NCBI GenBank assembly: GCA_905178155.1
Contig: CAJINV010000001.1
Coordinates: forward strand, 7,547,506-7,611,505
DNA: 64,000 nt
From: Amoebophrya sp. A120
Taxonomy: Eukaryota > Protista > Dinoflagellata
Reading direction: 5' to 3'
Made by a program: the position numbers and the translations under genes. The notes under the pieces were generated by a model. It made no database searches and had not been told where the DNA came from. It saw nothing but the letters and a program-made list of their open reading frames with translations. Shown one piece after another: positions 25,115 through 37,994 of this stretch. The number at the start of each line of letters is the position of its first letter. Position 1 is the stretch's first letter.

Positions 25115-28011
25115 ATGCCGAAGGACACGACCACGATGTCCTCTAGCAAGGGCGGCGCTCCTGTCTACCTCGCAAGCGCGGCGGAGAACGGGTCGGAGCC
25201 CGACACTGCCACTCACTCCGGCACCGGGACCAGCAGCGGCTCGGATGCAGAGGCCTACAGCTCGCCGGACCGGAAACAGAATACTTTCTACCCGCCAGCC
25301 AGGGGCGACGACAGCGAGGAGCGAGAGCCCCTGACGTCCAGCACCACTATAACGAGCGCCGCAACCCTGTCCTCGTCGTTTGTGGCGGGCGGGAATCCGA
25401 ATGACCAGAAGCTGAAGTTGCGGAATTTTGCCGCGCCAAGCAGCCCCACGGACGACGAGAAGGAGCGCGCTGACTATGCGGAGGAGGTGCTATTCAAGCC
25501 CTTTCGCTGGCTCTCAGACCTGAACGAGCTGTACGGCTTCCGGTTACTCTTCATGCTCTTCGTTGCACAGCACATCATGAAGGGCTTTGCAGGTACTTAA
25601 TTTTGCTATATTCATTCTTAGGAATTTTGGGAGCACCGGAGAGTCTACCCCAGACAGAAGTACTTACTTGAGATTTGTGTTTTTATCTTTTCATCGCGGA
25701 CTCAGTCAACATAGAACGAAGCAAAAGCTGGACATCCAAAATCGGTCAGGCACCTTCGTTGGGCAACCGGAGCGGTTTATCTACAAGTCGTATCACATCA
25801 GCGGTCCGCAGGTGCAGATTTACATGGGTGTGTCGGGGCTACCGTGGGCGCTGAAGCCCATCTTCGGGCTTCTTTCCGACCTGGTTCCGATTAACGGGTA
25901 CAACAAGCGGCCCTACATTCTGGGCGCCTCCTTCCTGGGTGTGACGTCGATGCTGTTTCTGGCGTTTCTGGAAGTCCCTGTGACCATGATCGTGATGTTC
26001 TTCTTCTGCATCGCCCTGCAGCGGTCGGTGTGCGACCTGCTGACGGAGGCGAAGTACGCCGAGGCACTGAAAAAGAAGCCGGAGCACGGGCCGGACTTGA
26101 TGACGTTTGTGTGGGGCGGAATCGAGATGTTTGGGCTGATCGCGCTCACTATCAAATGCAAAAATGTCTGGGTCTGGAAGAATGCAACATTTGTCATGCA
26201 CGTTTTGTATGACGTGTGAGGTCTGTGATGCATGCCCTAGCATCACAGATTCTGTGAGATCTTTTCCATGCCTTTTCCGCATGAGAAACTGCCTCTCGGC
26301 CTGCTCAAAAGTGAATAGCTTTAGTGGTGATCATGCAACACAGATTTTTGCATGATCCAGAATTAGCATGACAGGTTGCAACCTTCCAGACCCAGACATT
26401 TTTGCAATCCATACTCATGTGCGTCGGTCCGCTCGTGGAGTGGATCGGGCCACGGAAGCCGTACTTGCTGCTGATGCCGTATCAAATGTAAAAATGTCTG
26501 GGTCTGGAAGAATGCATGTTTGTCATGCTTGTCTGGCATGACTCTTAAATGTGTCATGCACGTTACCCAAGAGCTCCACTCTTCTGTGATGCAGGAACGC
26601 AGTTTGTCATGCAAAATAGGCAACACCTAGAAGCTCAGAAACTTGTCATGTTGAGCCAGCATTTGTGGCCTCATCATGAGACGCCACCCAGCATCACAAG
26701 TTTCCAGACCCAGACATTTTTACATTTGATATGCCGTTTGCGTCACTGATTCTGTACCCGACCTACAAAAATTACCTCGACGAGACCAAGCGACCGGCGG
26801 CGGAGACCCAGGCGCACCGGAAGAAGCTGGTCACGGAGAATAAGGAGGTGTTCATGCTCTGCATTCTGATCACCATCTGCACTTTGTGCATGACGGTGTC
26901 CGGCACCCTGTTTACGTCCGTCCGCCTGCACGCGTTGACGGCCCTAGTTGTTCTGGTGGTCATCCTCTTCTCCTTCTCTGTCATCCTGCGCCCGGAAATC
27001 GCAAAAATGAACGCATTCTACGTCTTGCAGGGAAGCTTAAGCATCGGCATCGGCGGGGCGTCATTCTACTTCTTCACCGACGGGCCAAAAGAGTATAGGA
27101 GCTGTTAAAAATGTAGTCGTGTTCAATGCGTTTGCGAGTTTTTCCAAAAATTTGTAACCGCCTACAACTAGAACTACAACTTCTGACATCTTCACTGTCA
27201 TGATTCCCTCTGCGTAACCAGCTCCGCAGAGAACTACATTTGATCGCAGGAGCTAAAACTCCTGACACCAACACCTCCAACCTGCAGGTATCCCACAGGA
27301 CCCCACTTTTCCACCTTCTTCTTCGTGACCGTCCTAGGCGTGACCGGTACATTGTGCTCCCTGTGCGGTTTGTGGTTTTACAACCGGTTCTTGAAGAACT
27401 ACAGCTACATCACTCTGTTGACGCTGACGAATCTGCTCGGGGTGGCGTTGTCCATTCTCGACATCGCGATTTTCACCCGTTCCAACGTGGCCTGGGGAAT
27501 CAGCGACCACCTGTTTGTCATGGGCGGGACGGTGTCCGCCAGCTTGATCGGGAACTGGCAGTGGATGCCCGGCGTGGTGATGCTCTCGCAGATGTGTCCC
27601 CGGAACATGGAGGCCACTTTGTACGCGCTGCTCGCCGGCTGCCACAATTTGGGCAACAGCATTTCCGAGTACCTCGGCGCGTTCGTGCTGGAGGAACTGG
27701 GCTGCACGCCCACCGGGCAGGGTGACGAAACCACGAAATTCGACAACCTGTGGGTGGCCGCTTTGATCCAAACCGTGGTGCCCATGTTCACGATCGCACT
27801 AATCCCCTACATGATTCCCAACAACAAACAGACAGACACAATTCTCGTCGACGCGCCGGACTCCGCAACAAAAGGGTCACTGTACAGCAAGTGGTTTCCA
27901 GACACCACAGGCTACCAGCAAGTTGCCCGCATGGAATCCCAATCCCCGAGATCATCGGGAGATCCAGGATCTAAAGATTCCCCAACTGCGGCACGAGGAG
28001 CCTCTGTGTGA
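25115..28011 (+). CDS. BT1-family folate/biopterin transporter (MFS), interrupted by two canonical introns and two introners
   Basis: LPWALKPIFGLLSD..PINGYNKRPY and MCPRNMEATLYALLAGCHNLG; GT-AG introns 25593-25749 and 27093-27287; removing the introners gives GLIAL(M/T)CVGPLVEWIGPRKPYLLLMPFASLILYP. Confidence 0.93.
26150..26413. mobile_element. Introner/MITE-like element, family A (divergent copy), 264 bp
   Basis: Left TATCAAATGCAAAAATGTCTGGGTCTGGAAG, right CTTCCAGACCCAGACATTTTTGCAATCCATA; flanks CTCAC/CTCAT (5-bp TSD, 1 mismatch); sits in a coding exon. Confidence 0.9.
26480..26731. mobile_element. Introner/MITE-like element, family A, 252 bp
   Basis: Perfect 30-bp TIR TATCAAATGTAAAAATGTCTGGGTCTGGAA / TTCCAGACCCAGACATTTTTACATTTGATA; TSD TGCCG (26475-79, 26732-36). 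Confidence 0.95.
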
Positions 28012-30169
28012 AGCATCCATAAAAACTAGACGGGCCGCTGCCACGGCACACAGCTCCTGTCATAAGATTTTTTGCAACGAGAACTTTTTCTTCCTTTAAG
28101 ATTGATAGTACCGAGGTTTTGAATGGGTTTCGCATTACCTTGCCACATAGATAAATTGCAGAATAACATGCGCAGGCACACGTCTGCTATTCATTCCAAG
28201 AATACAGTATTGTAATAACTACTGATACGCAGTCGCAGCTCGCGACGTCGGGCTTTTCTTGAGAGCTATTTCCGCGGCATACAGACGCCTTTTTGCGTCT
28301 GATTGCTTCGCGCTGCATGCGCTTGGCTTAGCTTTGAGAATAAAGATAAATGATCGCTTTTATCGAGCTGTTTTTGCACAGATAGAACTTCATTCGAGGC
28401 TGTCGGCAAGATTAAGATTTATCGAGCTTCATGATATAACTGGCCACCTTCGAAACTCAGAACTTCTTCGGCTGTATGACCACCTTTTTTCGATATGGCC
28501 TTCATTTTGAAGAAATTTCCCGATGCCGACCGAGAATCAAGATTGTCACTACAGTGAATTTCGGTTTTTGCCATACAAGAGAACTTGGGCTACCACGGAC
28601 GCTTAGCATTTCAATTTTCCGAAAGGACAAACAATACAGCGAGAATACGAAAGTTTATACTTGCGCTTTTTTAGCCGATATGGCGATAATTTTTGTCCTA
28701 TCGCGAGCAAGACCAAGATTGGGCAACTACATCGATTGCAAGTTATTGCAAACTCCACTGTTGCACTAGCTGTAGCCGGAGGTGTCCTCCTCCGTAATCG
28801 TTATCACCAGGTCGGTCTACTGCTTTGCGGAGCGATGGAGCGTTTTTTCTTCTCGACTCGTTTGCAGAAGCAGAGCTCTGTACATAGCTTGGTCGATGAG
28901 CGTTGTTGTCGAATTCATTCTTCGTGAGAGCTGTCGCTTGTCGATGTCTTGTGTCGTTGTAGACTTTTTCGTGGTCGTTTTGTCGTCGTTGTGTCGGTGC
29001 CGCGATCGTTCTTTATCGGAAACTTCATCACTTTCACCTATCCCTCTGTGGACGACACTGCGATTCGAAAGACAAAGACTACGAGCCCCCTTCCGTGGGG
29101 AGTGCTGCGAAAATGTATCGCGGCGAAACAAGATGAGGCCTAGGGTGGAGGTCGATATTTTTGAGGCAGTTGTTTCCGTACTGCACTGATATTTACACCA
29201 CGACTTCGCCCGGAGGAGAATCTAGGTAAGGACATTTCCTGATCAGCTCGTCGCGCGTTTGTCTCTCGAACCTTCGCGATCCAGCTCCGGGGCCGGGAAA
29301 CAAAAGCAGAGTTCTTTGAGTCACCAGGCCCGAATCTGAGCTGCAGCGCAGAAATTCAGGGAGAGTTGGTTGCACGACTGAGAAGTGGAAATCAGTGAAG
29401 CGCGCTTTCTCGGTTTCTCGTAGCGGAAGCAGAGAGCAGGAGTAAGTAGCATTTCTTGACCCGCGCGATCTGCTGCTCAGGAACGCAGGGAGATTCCAGT
29501 CGATCAGTAAGTGTGGGTCTGGCTGTAAAAATACATACCGATTGTTTTGGCAGCCGGAAAGACCGATTCTTTGTTGAGCAAACGAGCGGGTCCGCGACAC
29601 CAGTACGAACTTCTTGTTGAATCGTGGAACTAGGGAACAAGAAGAAGCGCGACCTACTTCACCCGGCAATAACGGAGTGTAGGTTTGCTTCCCAAAAAGG
29701 AGACCCAGTCTTCGTCTGCGTTGCTACCTGAAACGAGACACGCCGCCCTGATTCAGAAGGTCATTGCGCTTTCTGGGTATCAAGATTTGCCGCTCACATC
29801 AGAGATCGACTACGCGATCACCACAATCCCGAACGGAGATTTTTTTCAAGTTTTTTCTAACGCTTCGCGTTCTTGGAAGCGGGACGAGCAAGCTGCAGTG
29901 AGCGCAGGATCAACCTGTTCTTCTAGAAGTAGCTGTGGGCTTAGAAGAAAGTCGTACTTTCGTATTAAGAAACGCGGAGGAGCGCAGTCGGTCTAACCGA
30001 CCTGGCCAGCCTTGGCGAATTTTCAAGCTAGGCGTGTCTGCCTGTACATCGCCGGAATCCAGCAGTAGAGGCAGCATCTTCTAAGGATCGCAACAAGACT
30101 GCTAAACGCGTACTACTAGCTGACACATCTTCAACTCGGAGCCCGTTTTTCTTGCAACCGTGCGGCAAG

Positions 30170-33100
30170 ATGAACAAGGGCAGGAAGAAGGATGACTTCG
30201 AACCCGCCGTGCCGGCGGATGCGTTCGACCAGCTGTCTATCAAATGCAAAAATGTCTGGGTCTGGAAGAATGCATGTTTGTCATGCTTGTCTGGCATGAC
30301 TCTTAAATCTGTCATGCACGTTACCCAAGAGCTCCGCTTTTCTGGATGCAGGAACGCAGTTTGTCATGCAGAATAGGCAACACCTAGACGCTCAGAAACT
30401 TGTCATGCTGAGCCAGCATTTGTGGCCTCATCATGAGACGCCACCCAGCATCACAAGTTTCCAGACCCAGACATTTTTATATTTGATACTGTCCCGGGAT
30501 TTCCAGGAGGTCATGGAGGAGCTCACGGGCGAGGAAACTATCAAAAGGAAAAATCCCCCCACCCCATATCGAAATGGAAATCTGTGATGCGGGATTTGTG
30601 TACACAAATTGGCTTTCTATTGCAGGAAGGCATCGCGGCCAGATCCCCAGGCTAGGTAGGGCCGTATCGGTCTAGTTGTTCAGCATGGCAAACGGCTGCT
30701 CTTTAGGCCCAGCAGCATGACAAATCGCCTCTGTAAAGGGGGCGAAGCTTTTGCCCTTGTCTTCTTGCAAGACAGATGCGATTTGTGACCTGAAATCAGC
30801 AACGAAATTTTCGGAAACATGCCTTTTCGATATGGGGAGGGGGGATTTTTCCTTACAATAGAAACCCTGGAATCTTTTCGCGTGGAATACGAGAAGCTCC
30901 ACGGAGCCTTGGCCACCAGTCACGAATCAGAAAAGAAGCTCATCACCAAGTGCAAGGCACTGAACCAAGAAATTGTGCAAAACGCCGTGAAGGTAGATTT
31001 TTTGGAGAAGGAGCTGCTTTGTCGCGGTGCATTTCGTTGTCGTGTTAAAGTTTGCATTTTGATTCTTGCCGGAACGGTATAGAACAGCACGAAGAAAATG
31101 AAAAAGCTGACGGAAGTAGGCATTTCTTTATCTTTGTACTCCTGTTTCATCAGGTACAAACCGCTCTGAAGCTTTCTTACGAGGACCAGCAGAGAATAGC
31201 AGCACTAAAAAAGGAGGTCGAGCGCGCATGGCGAATGGTGGAGACCAGCCACGAGAAAGAACAGCGAGCCTCGGACTCAATCACCGTTTTGAAGACCGAG
31301 GCGGACAACTTGACAAAGATAGTGGAGCAAGGTAAGATGAGTGTAGTTAAATGCTCTTTTCCAGCTGAAGATGCAGCGAACTGCGTTGAACCCTCGTCGA
31401 CGTTTACAAAACCAAACTCATTCATCTACAGGTGCTGGAAAAAGCGTCAACCAGGAGCAGATGGTAATACAGCTCAGCCAAGAGAAAGTGGACTTCAGCA
31501 AGACCCGTGATTTGCTCCAGACTCAAGTCAACAACCTTGCAGCAGCAAAAACTGAGTTCGAGGTATAGCGAAATTCTCATGGCGATCGTGATTGAAAAAA
31601 GGAAATTCCCATTGCGCAAAAGGAAAATGTAAATGAGCAAGCGTGAAAAAAAAACTCAGGCACAAAAGCAAAAATCTTCAACAGGAAAAAACGGAGCGAG
31701 CGCAGCTGGAGCTGCAAAATCAAGCCTCCGAGGTGGTGCGACTACAGCAGGAAATGGCAAGAAGGAAGACGCAGGGCGAGGATTCACAAAAACGAAAAGC
31801 AGAGCTTAATGAAGAACTCACGGTATGAAAATAAAATAGAAATTTAGTGCATTTTCGAGACAGGCATTAGCTTTACATCGAGGCTGCTTGCGGTCCTTGC
31901 GTCAGTTGCTTGCCTCCTATCGTATGAAGAAAGCGGAAACCTTCAAACAATCGAAAACAGTCCGTCCGCCTAAAAATAGACGACATGACGAAGGAGGTTA
32001 ATCAGAACAAAATTAGTCTGGACGAACAGAAAGCCGTCATGCGCGAGCTCGAGCAAAAAGTAAAGGCTGAAACGGAGCAAGTTGCCGAAGGTAGTGACAA
32101 TGAGTTAATTATTGCTCTCGCTAGTAGTTTTGGACAGTTACAGTTTATTAACGCTCATCGCACTTGCAATGGTGAAAACGAATCCATGCTTCCTCGTAGT
32201 GAAAATTTTTCCCTTGCGGACATAAATCACAGGCTACAGCCGGCAAAACAAGCTTGAGGACGACATCAAGAAGAGGAAGAAGCTGACCACCGAGGAACAG
32301 GCCATGAAGTCGAAGCTCGGTGAGGAGCAGGCCGGCTTCGAACAAAAAATAGATGAGTTGAACAAGGAGAGGGCGTATTTTCGAAGGCAAAAAAAGCTTG
32401 CGGACGACGAATCCAAGGAGATCGAGGAGTTCAGGCACAATCTCGCAGAAGACAGTAAGTAGCACTTTTGCTTTTGATGAAGAAGTGCACTTTGATCTGA
32501 ATTCGTCTGAATGATAATCATGCAGGTTTTCTAGTTCTATCACATATGTAATGCTTCGCCATTTTTTTCTTCCGACAAAAACAAAACAGAGAAGGTCGAG
32601 GAAGGGATAATAGCAGAGTTGAAAGCGGAGGTGGCTAGTCTGAAAGCCGAGGCCACCGACTGCCGAAAACAGGCCGACACCGACCAGAAATATACCAACG
32701 AGATCACCCGGGAGCGCGATCTCCTGACGAAAAATGTCGCGAGCGGGGACGATCGGGGTAAGAAACAAGCGGAGATGGTCGCGGGGCACGAAAGGCAGGC
32801 AGAGGAGCTCGAGAAAGAAGTTTTGCGGTGGAAGCTCACCACGCAGAACACGAACAGCAGAATAGAGAGTCTGGAGGCCATGAAGGATAAATACCAGCGG
32901 GAGTTGACAGAAGCCTATCAAAAGTAGTTTTATTTCGCTTGTTTTTTTTTTCGTGAATCACAATCTTCACTTCACTACAGGCGGGTAAAGGTGGCATGCG
33001 GAAGAGCCCCTACTCTCTCGCCTGGGCGGTAGGTGTAGAGCTGGTTGTCGGTTGAACACAGTACAACTTCCAACACCAATCAGGTTCAACCAAGGCCAGG

Positions 33101-34708
33101 AGAGCCTGCAATCAAGAGAGGAAACCGTCGCCGACTTAAACAAGCAGCTCGCGGACATCAAGCAAAAACTGCACCAACAGAAGAATCTCTACGAGGCGGT
33201 GCGGACGGATCGAAACCTTTACTCAAAAAATCTCGCCGAGGTAAACTGCGATACTGTGTTTAGTGTCCTCTTCGTTGTATGGAAATGTACGACTATGAGA
33301 TACTTAGGTTTATCGGTTATGGTTGACATCAATTTTTCCTTTTACCAAAATCGACAGGCGCAAGAGGAGATAGGCACTATGAAGGAGCGGTTCAGGACGA
33401 TGCACCACCAGATAGAAAACTTGCGAGACGAGATCCGCAACCGGGACTCGGACCTTATCAAGAAGCACTGCGACCACGTCAAAGTATCGAAGGAGATGGA
33501 CCGCGTGGTAGATCACCTCGACAAAACGAGGAAAAGGCAAAACCAGCTGCAGCACGTATTTCTTGAAGAACTTTTTTTTGATCATTCTAAAGACGCGCAT
33601 TTCGTTCAGCGAAATGCTACTTTTGGTTCATCCCGGCGACCACGGTAGTGGCAAACGTCGCAGCCATAGATATCGGAACAAACGCGAAAACAACCACAGA
33701 TAACCGAGCTACAGCACCGCGAGATGAAGAAGATAGAGAGCACCATCGCGGGCGCGGAGTTCGAGCGGCTCGCGCAGCGGAAGGAGCTCACCGCGGTGTC
33801 CGGACAGCGGAACATCCTCGCCACGCAACTGATCAAGCGCAACGACGAGCTGAACCTGTTGTACGAGAAGATTAAGATCCAGCAGTCTACTTTGAAGAAG
33901 GGCGAAGCGCACTTCAAGAAGAAGCAGGACGAGCAGACGCGGCTGCGGACCATGATTAAGCAGCTGGAGGGCAAGATCCACGGTGCGGGGAACGGCGGTG
34001 TGGACAAATATGAAGAATTGAAGAAAGAGATGAACGCCCTGGAAAGAGAAGTGTTCGCGGAGAAGCACAAGGTGAAGGCACTCGCGGAGGAGCTGGAGAA
34101 CCCCATGAACGTGCACAGGTGGCGGAAGTTGGAGGGCAGCGACCCGCAAATTTACTCGCTGATCAACAAGATAAAGACCCTGCAGCAGCGGATAATCCAG
34201 AAAACCGAGCTGGTAGTGGAAAAGGGCGAGACGCTGGAGCGAAAAGAAAAGACGTACCAGGATCTACGGAAAATGCTCGCGAGGCAACCGGGGCCAGAAA
34301 TCACGGACAGCTTAGCGCTGTACCAGGAACACGTCAGGAAGAAAAAAGCGCAGTGCGAGAAGATGACCGGTAAGGATTTTTGTTATCGTGAGGACATTGA
34401 TTTATTTCGAAATGTGTTTGGCAGAGATTCAGATTGAGAAAAGCACAGGGCGCACTAAAGAACGCTACCTACAAGTACGAATATAGAAAATCTGAATAAT
34501 CAATCTTTCAGGTGAATTGCAAGTGTACACGGCGAAAGTCGGAGAGCTGAAGGAGGAGTTGCAGAGACTGCACCGTGCTAACGTGGACGTTCGGAAGAAG
34601 CTCTATGAACAGCGGAAGAAGGAAAAGACGGTGGAGAAGAAGGTCATCCACACTCTCCTTCCGCAATTACCGAGGTTCACCGGCGGTGGCTTCAATCTTT
34701 CACTGTAA
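30170..34708 (+). CDS. CFAP58: Cilia- and flagella-associated protein 58 (coiled coil); two introners plus 10 canonical introns
   Basis: Spliced N-terminus FDQLSRDFQEVMEELTGEETLESFRVEYEKLHGALATSHESEKKL; LYEAVRTDRNLYSKNL, QLIKRNDELNLLYEKIKIQ, ELENPMNVHRWRKLEGSDP, PRFTGGGFNL; GT-AG introns start at 30993, 31332, 31563, 31823, 32091, 32455, 32924, 33241, 33556 and 34370. Confidence 0.92.
30238..30488. mobile_element. Introner/MITE-like element, family A, 251 bp (near-identical to 26480-26731)
   Basis: Same TIR and internal sequence; TSD CTGTC (30233-37, 30489-93); interrupts the CFAP58 coding sequence. Confidence 0.95.
30539..30860. mobile_element. Introner/MITE-like element, family B, 322 bp
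   Basis: Left TATCAAAAGGAAAAATCCCCCCACCCCATATCGAAA, right TTTCGATATGGGGAGGGGGGATTTTTCCTTACAATA; TSD GAAAC (30534-38, 30861-65); contains an in-frame stop. Confidence 0.93.
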
Positions 34709-35905
34709 TCAATGGTGTTGTAGCTGCGCCATTTGCCTATGCACATGCTACGCAATACGTGACAGCCCAGAGCAGCGGTCCTGTTTTGTGCCGTCGCCAA
34801 CGGTATCTGACTAAGCTGCTGCGTGTCATGAAAATTAGCTTTACGCTGTGAGAATCCGAATTTATGCTTGACAAATCGAAAAGAACGGAGGTATTTGATT
34901 GATCCGAATTTATGTAGCTTGACAAATCGAAACAAGAAATCCGAAGAAAAAGTTTGTTTTTGCTTGACAGTCCGACAATGCTAGTTCACTCAATCATAAT
35001 GGCTAGCACTGGTTGCGCAATTGATTAGTTGACAAATTTAGCGAGCCCAAGACGGCAAAACTCAAAGAGCCTGTGCATGATTCCGATGTAACGGGGCTTG
35101 CCGTCTTGGATGAGTGTTGCTGTGAGTAATTCGCAGTCGCAGAAATATTTATAAAATGAAAATGTGAAAGAACAGACCGAACGCATTTTTTTGTACAAAA
35201 CCCAAATGAAAGTGAAAGAATCTATCAGTATGAAATGCGCTCTATCCGCTTGCGGTAGATGTATCGCCAAAGATACCACAATGTTTCCCTGATTTGCGTA
35301 GACAAGAGAAGATGTCTTGTTGCGTTTTTTCACTGGAAGTAGAATTCGGATGAGTACAAGCCTAGTGTCCATCGGTCCGAAAGTTTTTGTGACCTGCTGA
35401 AAATGCAAATGGTACCAATCAGTGATCGTCGTCCTGTCCAACATCCCCGAAGAGTCATCGCCGTGCTACTTTCGTCTGTCGCACGTTTGTACTCCACGCG
35501 CTTGTCTGCGACACTTTTCAGGCTACGTGAAAACATGATCCCCGTCCCCCCCATTTGATGAGTTTTTGAATCTGCCGCGTCGACGCAGGAAGGTTAGACA
35601 AGAATTTTCGTTCTACTCGAAACCCTCAGTAGTCACTGAACACCTTCAGCAAAGCGATTTCGTTTGAGAATTTTATTTAAGTACTCCTTCTCGCCAAGAT
35701 TGCGATTCTACACTTGCAAACAAAAAAACAGCACTACATGTCAATAGATACTCGTGTAAATATAGTCACTCGTGTAAATATTCTGAATGCTAAGTTAACT
35801 TTTACTACTGCGATGCATAATTTTGATATGTACGATACTTACCCTTACTCTTCATGTTGATGATGAGGTTGGTTTCTCCCTGACGGCCACCGGTCTGTCT
35901 CAACA

Positions 35906-37144
35906 ATGTCGCAGCAAAAAGGGGGCTCGTCCTCCTCTTCCCCGGGTACGCTGGCCAAAACGCCCAGCGAAAATTTCCGACCCGGCGTTTTTTACCGAAG
36001 ACTGGGAAACGATGTGGCGGCCGCGGCGTTGGCGACGCTAGCGTTGTCGCCCTTCGTTTGCGTGATCGACAAAAGCATCATTTCGAACGCATCCGGCAGG
36101 CAGAGTCTCGGGTCGTGCCTGAGCGAAAACTTTCGTCTGCTCTTCACGCGGCCCCATCGATTCGCGCTCTTGCCGGAATACCATCTCATTTACGGGGTAA
36201 GTACCTACAATGTGATTGAGTTTGGTGATGCTGACTGTGAAGATGATGGACAACTTGATACAGGCTCTCGAGCTCCCCCACGTTTCAAGCAAGAGAAAGG
36301 AATGTTTCACCAGCACAACACGTAATTCGAGCCTCTTATTGACTCCAGTTGTAATATCGTGATAAAAAAATCAAAAAAGGTCTACCTCGCCACCTACATG
36401 TCTGCAAACATGACGGATACCATCTGCAAGGAGCATGGGATAAATCCGCTTTCACCGGTTTTCTTCGCTACCTCCGCAACGAACATGGGATTCTCGATTA
36501 TGAAGGACCGGGCTTTCACACGTATGTTTTCCACGTTGAAAAGTCCCAAACCCCTGCCGCTCCTGTCCTACGCACTCTTCGCCGTGAGGGACTCGCTGAC
36601 GATTCTCGGATCTTTCACTTTGGTGCCGTTTGCGGGGAAAAAGTATTTCGAGTGGATGAACGACGACAGTAATAGTTCTGCCGCCGCTGCTGGGAACAGT
36701 TCGAGTAGAACCAGACCAGCACCGCTACCTGTCACAGCGCTCGCCGCCTCACCGGGAGGAACGAATAGTGCGTCTGGGCTGCAGCAGAGTCGGAAGATTT
36801 CGCAAGCTGGGGCACTGAACCTAGCGCAGCTCACGTGCCCGATGCTGATCCAACTGGTGTCCACGCCACTTCACCTGACGGCACTGGACTTGTACAACCG
36901 ACCACAGGCCACGGCCGGCTCGAGGCTCGCCTTCGTGGGGTCGCAGTACCTCGGCGCCATGACGCTGCGAATGAGTCGCATAGCACCCGCGTTCGGCTTT
37001 GGCGGATTGGGAAATAGGATCCTGAGGGAAAGCTTCAACGCCGAGCTGCTGGAACCAGCGATACCCCCGAGCGATCCAGGTGAGCTTCACAAAGAATCGA
37101 GCGTAGGCACGCTGGCGCGCAAGCATACCGCCTACCACACATAA
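35906..37144 (+). CDS. Conserved-looking uncharacterised membrane protein, 2 exons (intron 36197-36379)
   Basis: LSPFVCVIDKSIISNASG, YG|VYLATYMSAN, KDRAFTRMF, LFAVRDSLTI, QLVSTPLHLTALDLYNR, RIAPAFGFGGLGN; the GT-AG join is in frame. Confidence 0.8.
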
Positions 37145-37994
37145 AACTTTAAATTGCTAAGCAACCGAAGGTAGACGAAATTTGGAATTGACGCAGAATT
37201 GACACAATTTTCTAACCATATCGCATACGAAGTTTCCTGGAAATAAAACATCCTTTCTGTCGCAGGCTGTTGTGGCGTCTCAAAGTGTAGGAACTTATTT
37301 TCCGCGGTCACTCGGTCGCCTATTGCAAGCTCAATGTCATGACCCTCATGTTTTTTTGTTTGCGAACGAGAGAGGCTCCGGCTCGGTAGCTACTATGAAG
37401 ACAACACATCGTTTGGCGAATGCGAATCAGAAAAAGACACAACAGATGTCGGTCTCGTGCAAAAGTTTTGGAATTTTTTTCTTGAGGGAGATGATAATAA
37501 ACACTTTTTTTTCTGCTTGCAACCTTCTTATATCGTACGTATCAATCTACCTGTACCTGTAGGTACTCTCGTCCTGAAAGACTGATTTTTGCTCGTCCCC
37601 GTCGCTCGTCATTGGATCTGCATTCGTGAAAAGAAATGTTTCTGATCAAAACACAACAGCAGCCTAAAACTGAAACTCGGAATTTCCGAAAGCAACTGTC
37701 ACACACACCCCTTGCTGTAAAAGCAAACCACTTTCACACAACTCGTTTTCACACGAACACTACATCTCTTTCACACTTAAAACCATTTTTCGAGTAAACT
37801 GAAAAGCTTACTCTTCATACTCTTGCTCACATCTTGCTCCTGTTTCTCACTGCTATTTGCTTGCTTCAATTCGTAGTTGCATTGACTTCTCATTTCCTTC
37901 TCGCACAAGCTTATTACCACACCACAAAGTTTGGTTTCTGTACTATCCTCCACTGTTTATCAACATAACAACGAACCAAAGGCCACCGAGAAAA

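Noticed and set aside
28259-30000. Short ORFs upstream of CFAP58
   Set aside because: No recognisable product or splice model
34853-34932. Short local duplications (also 35750-35781, 40399-40460 and 46040-46087)
   Set aside because: 14-30 bp slippage-type repeats with no shared insert or family evidence
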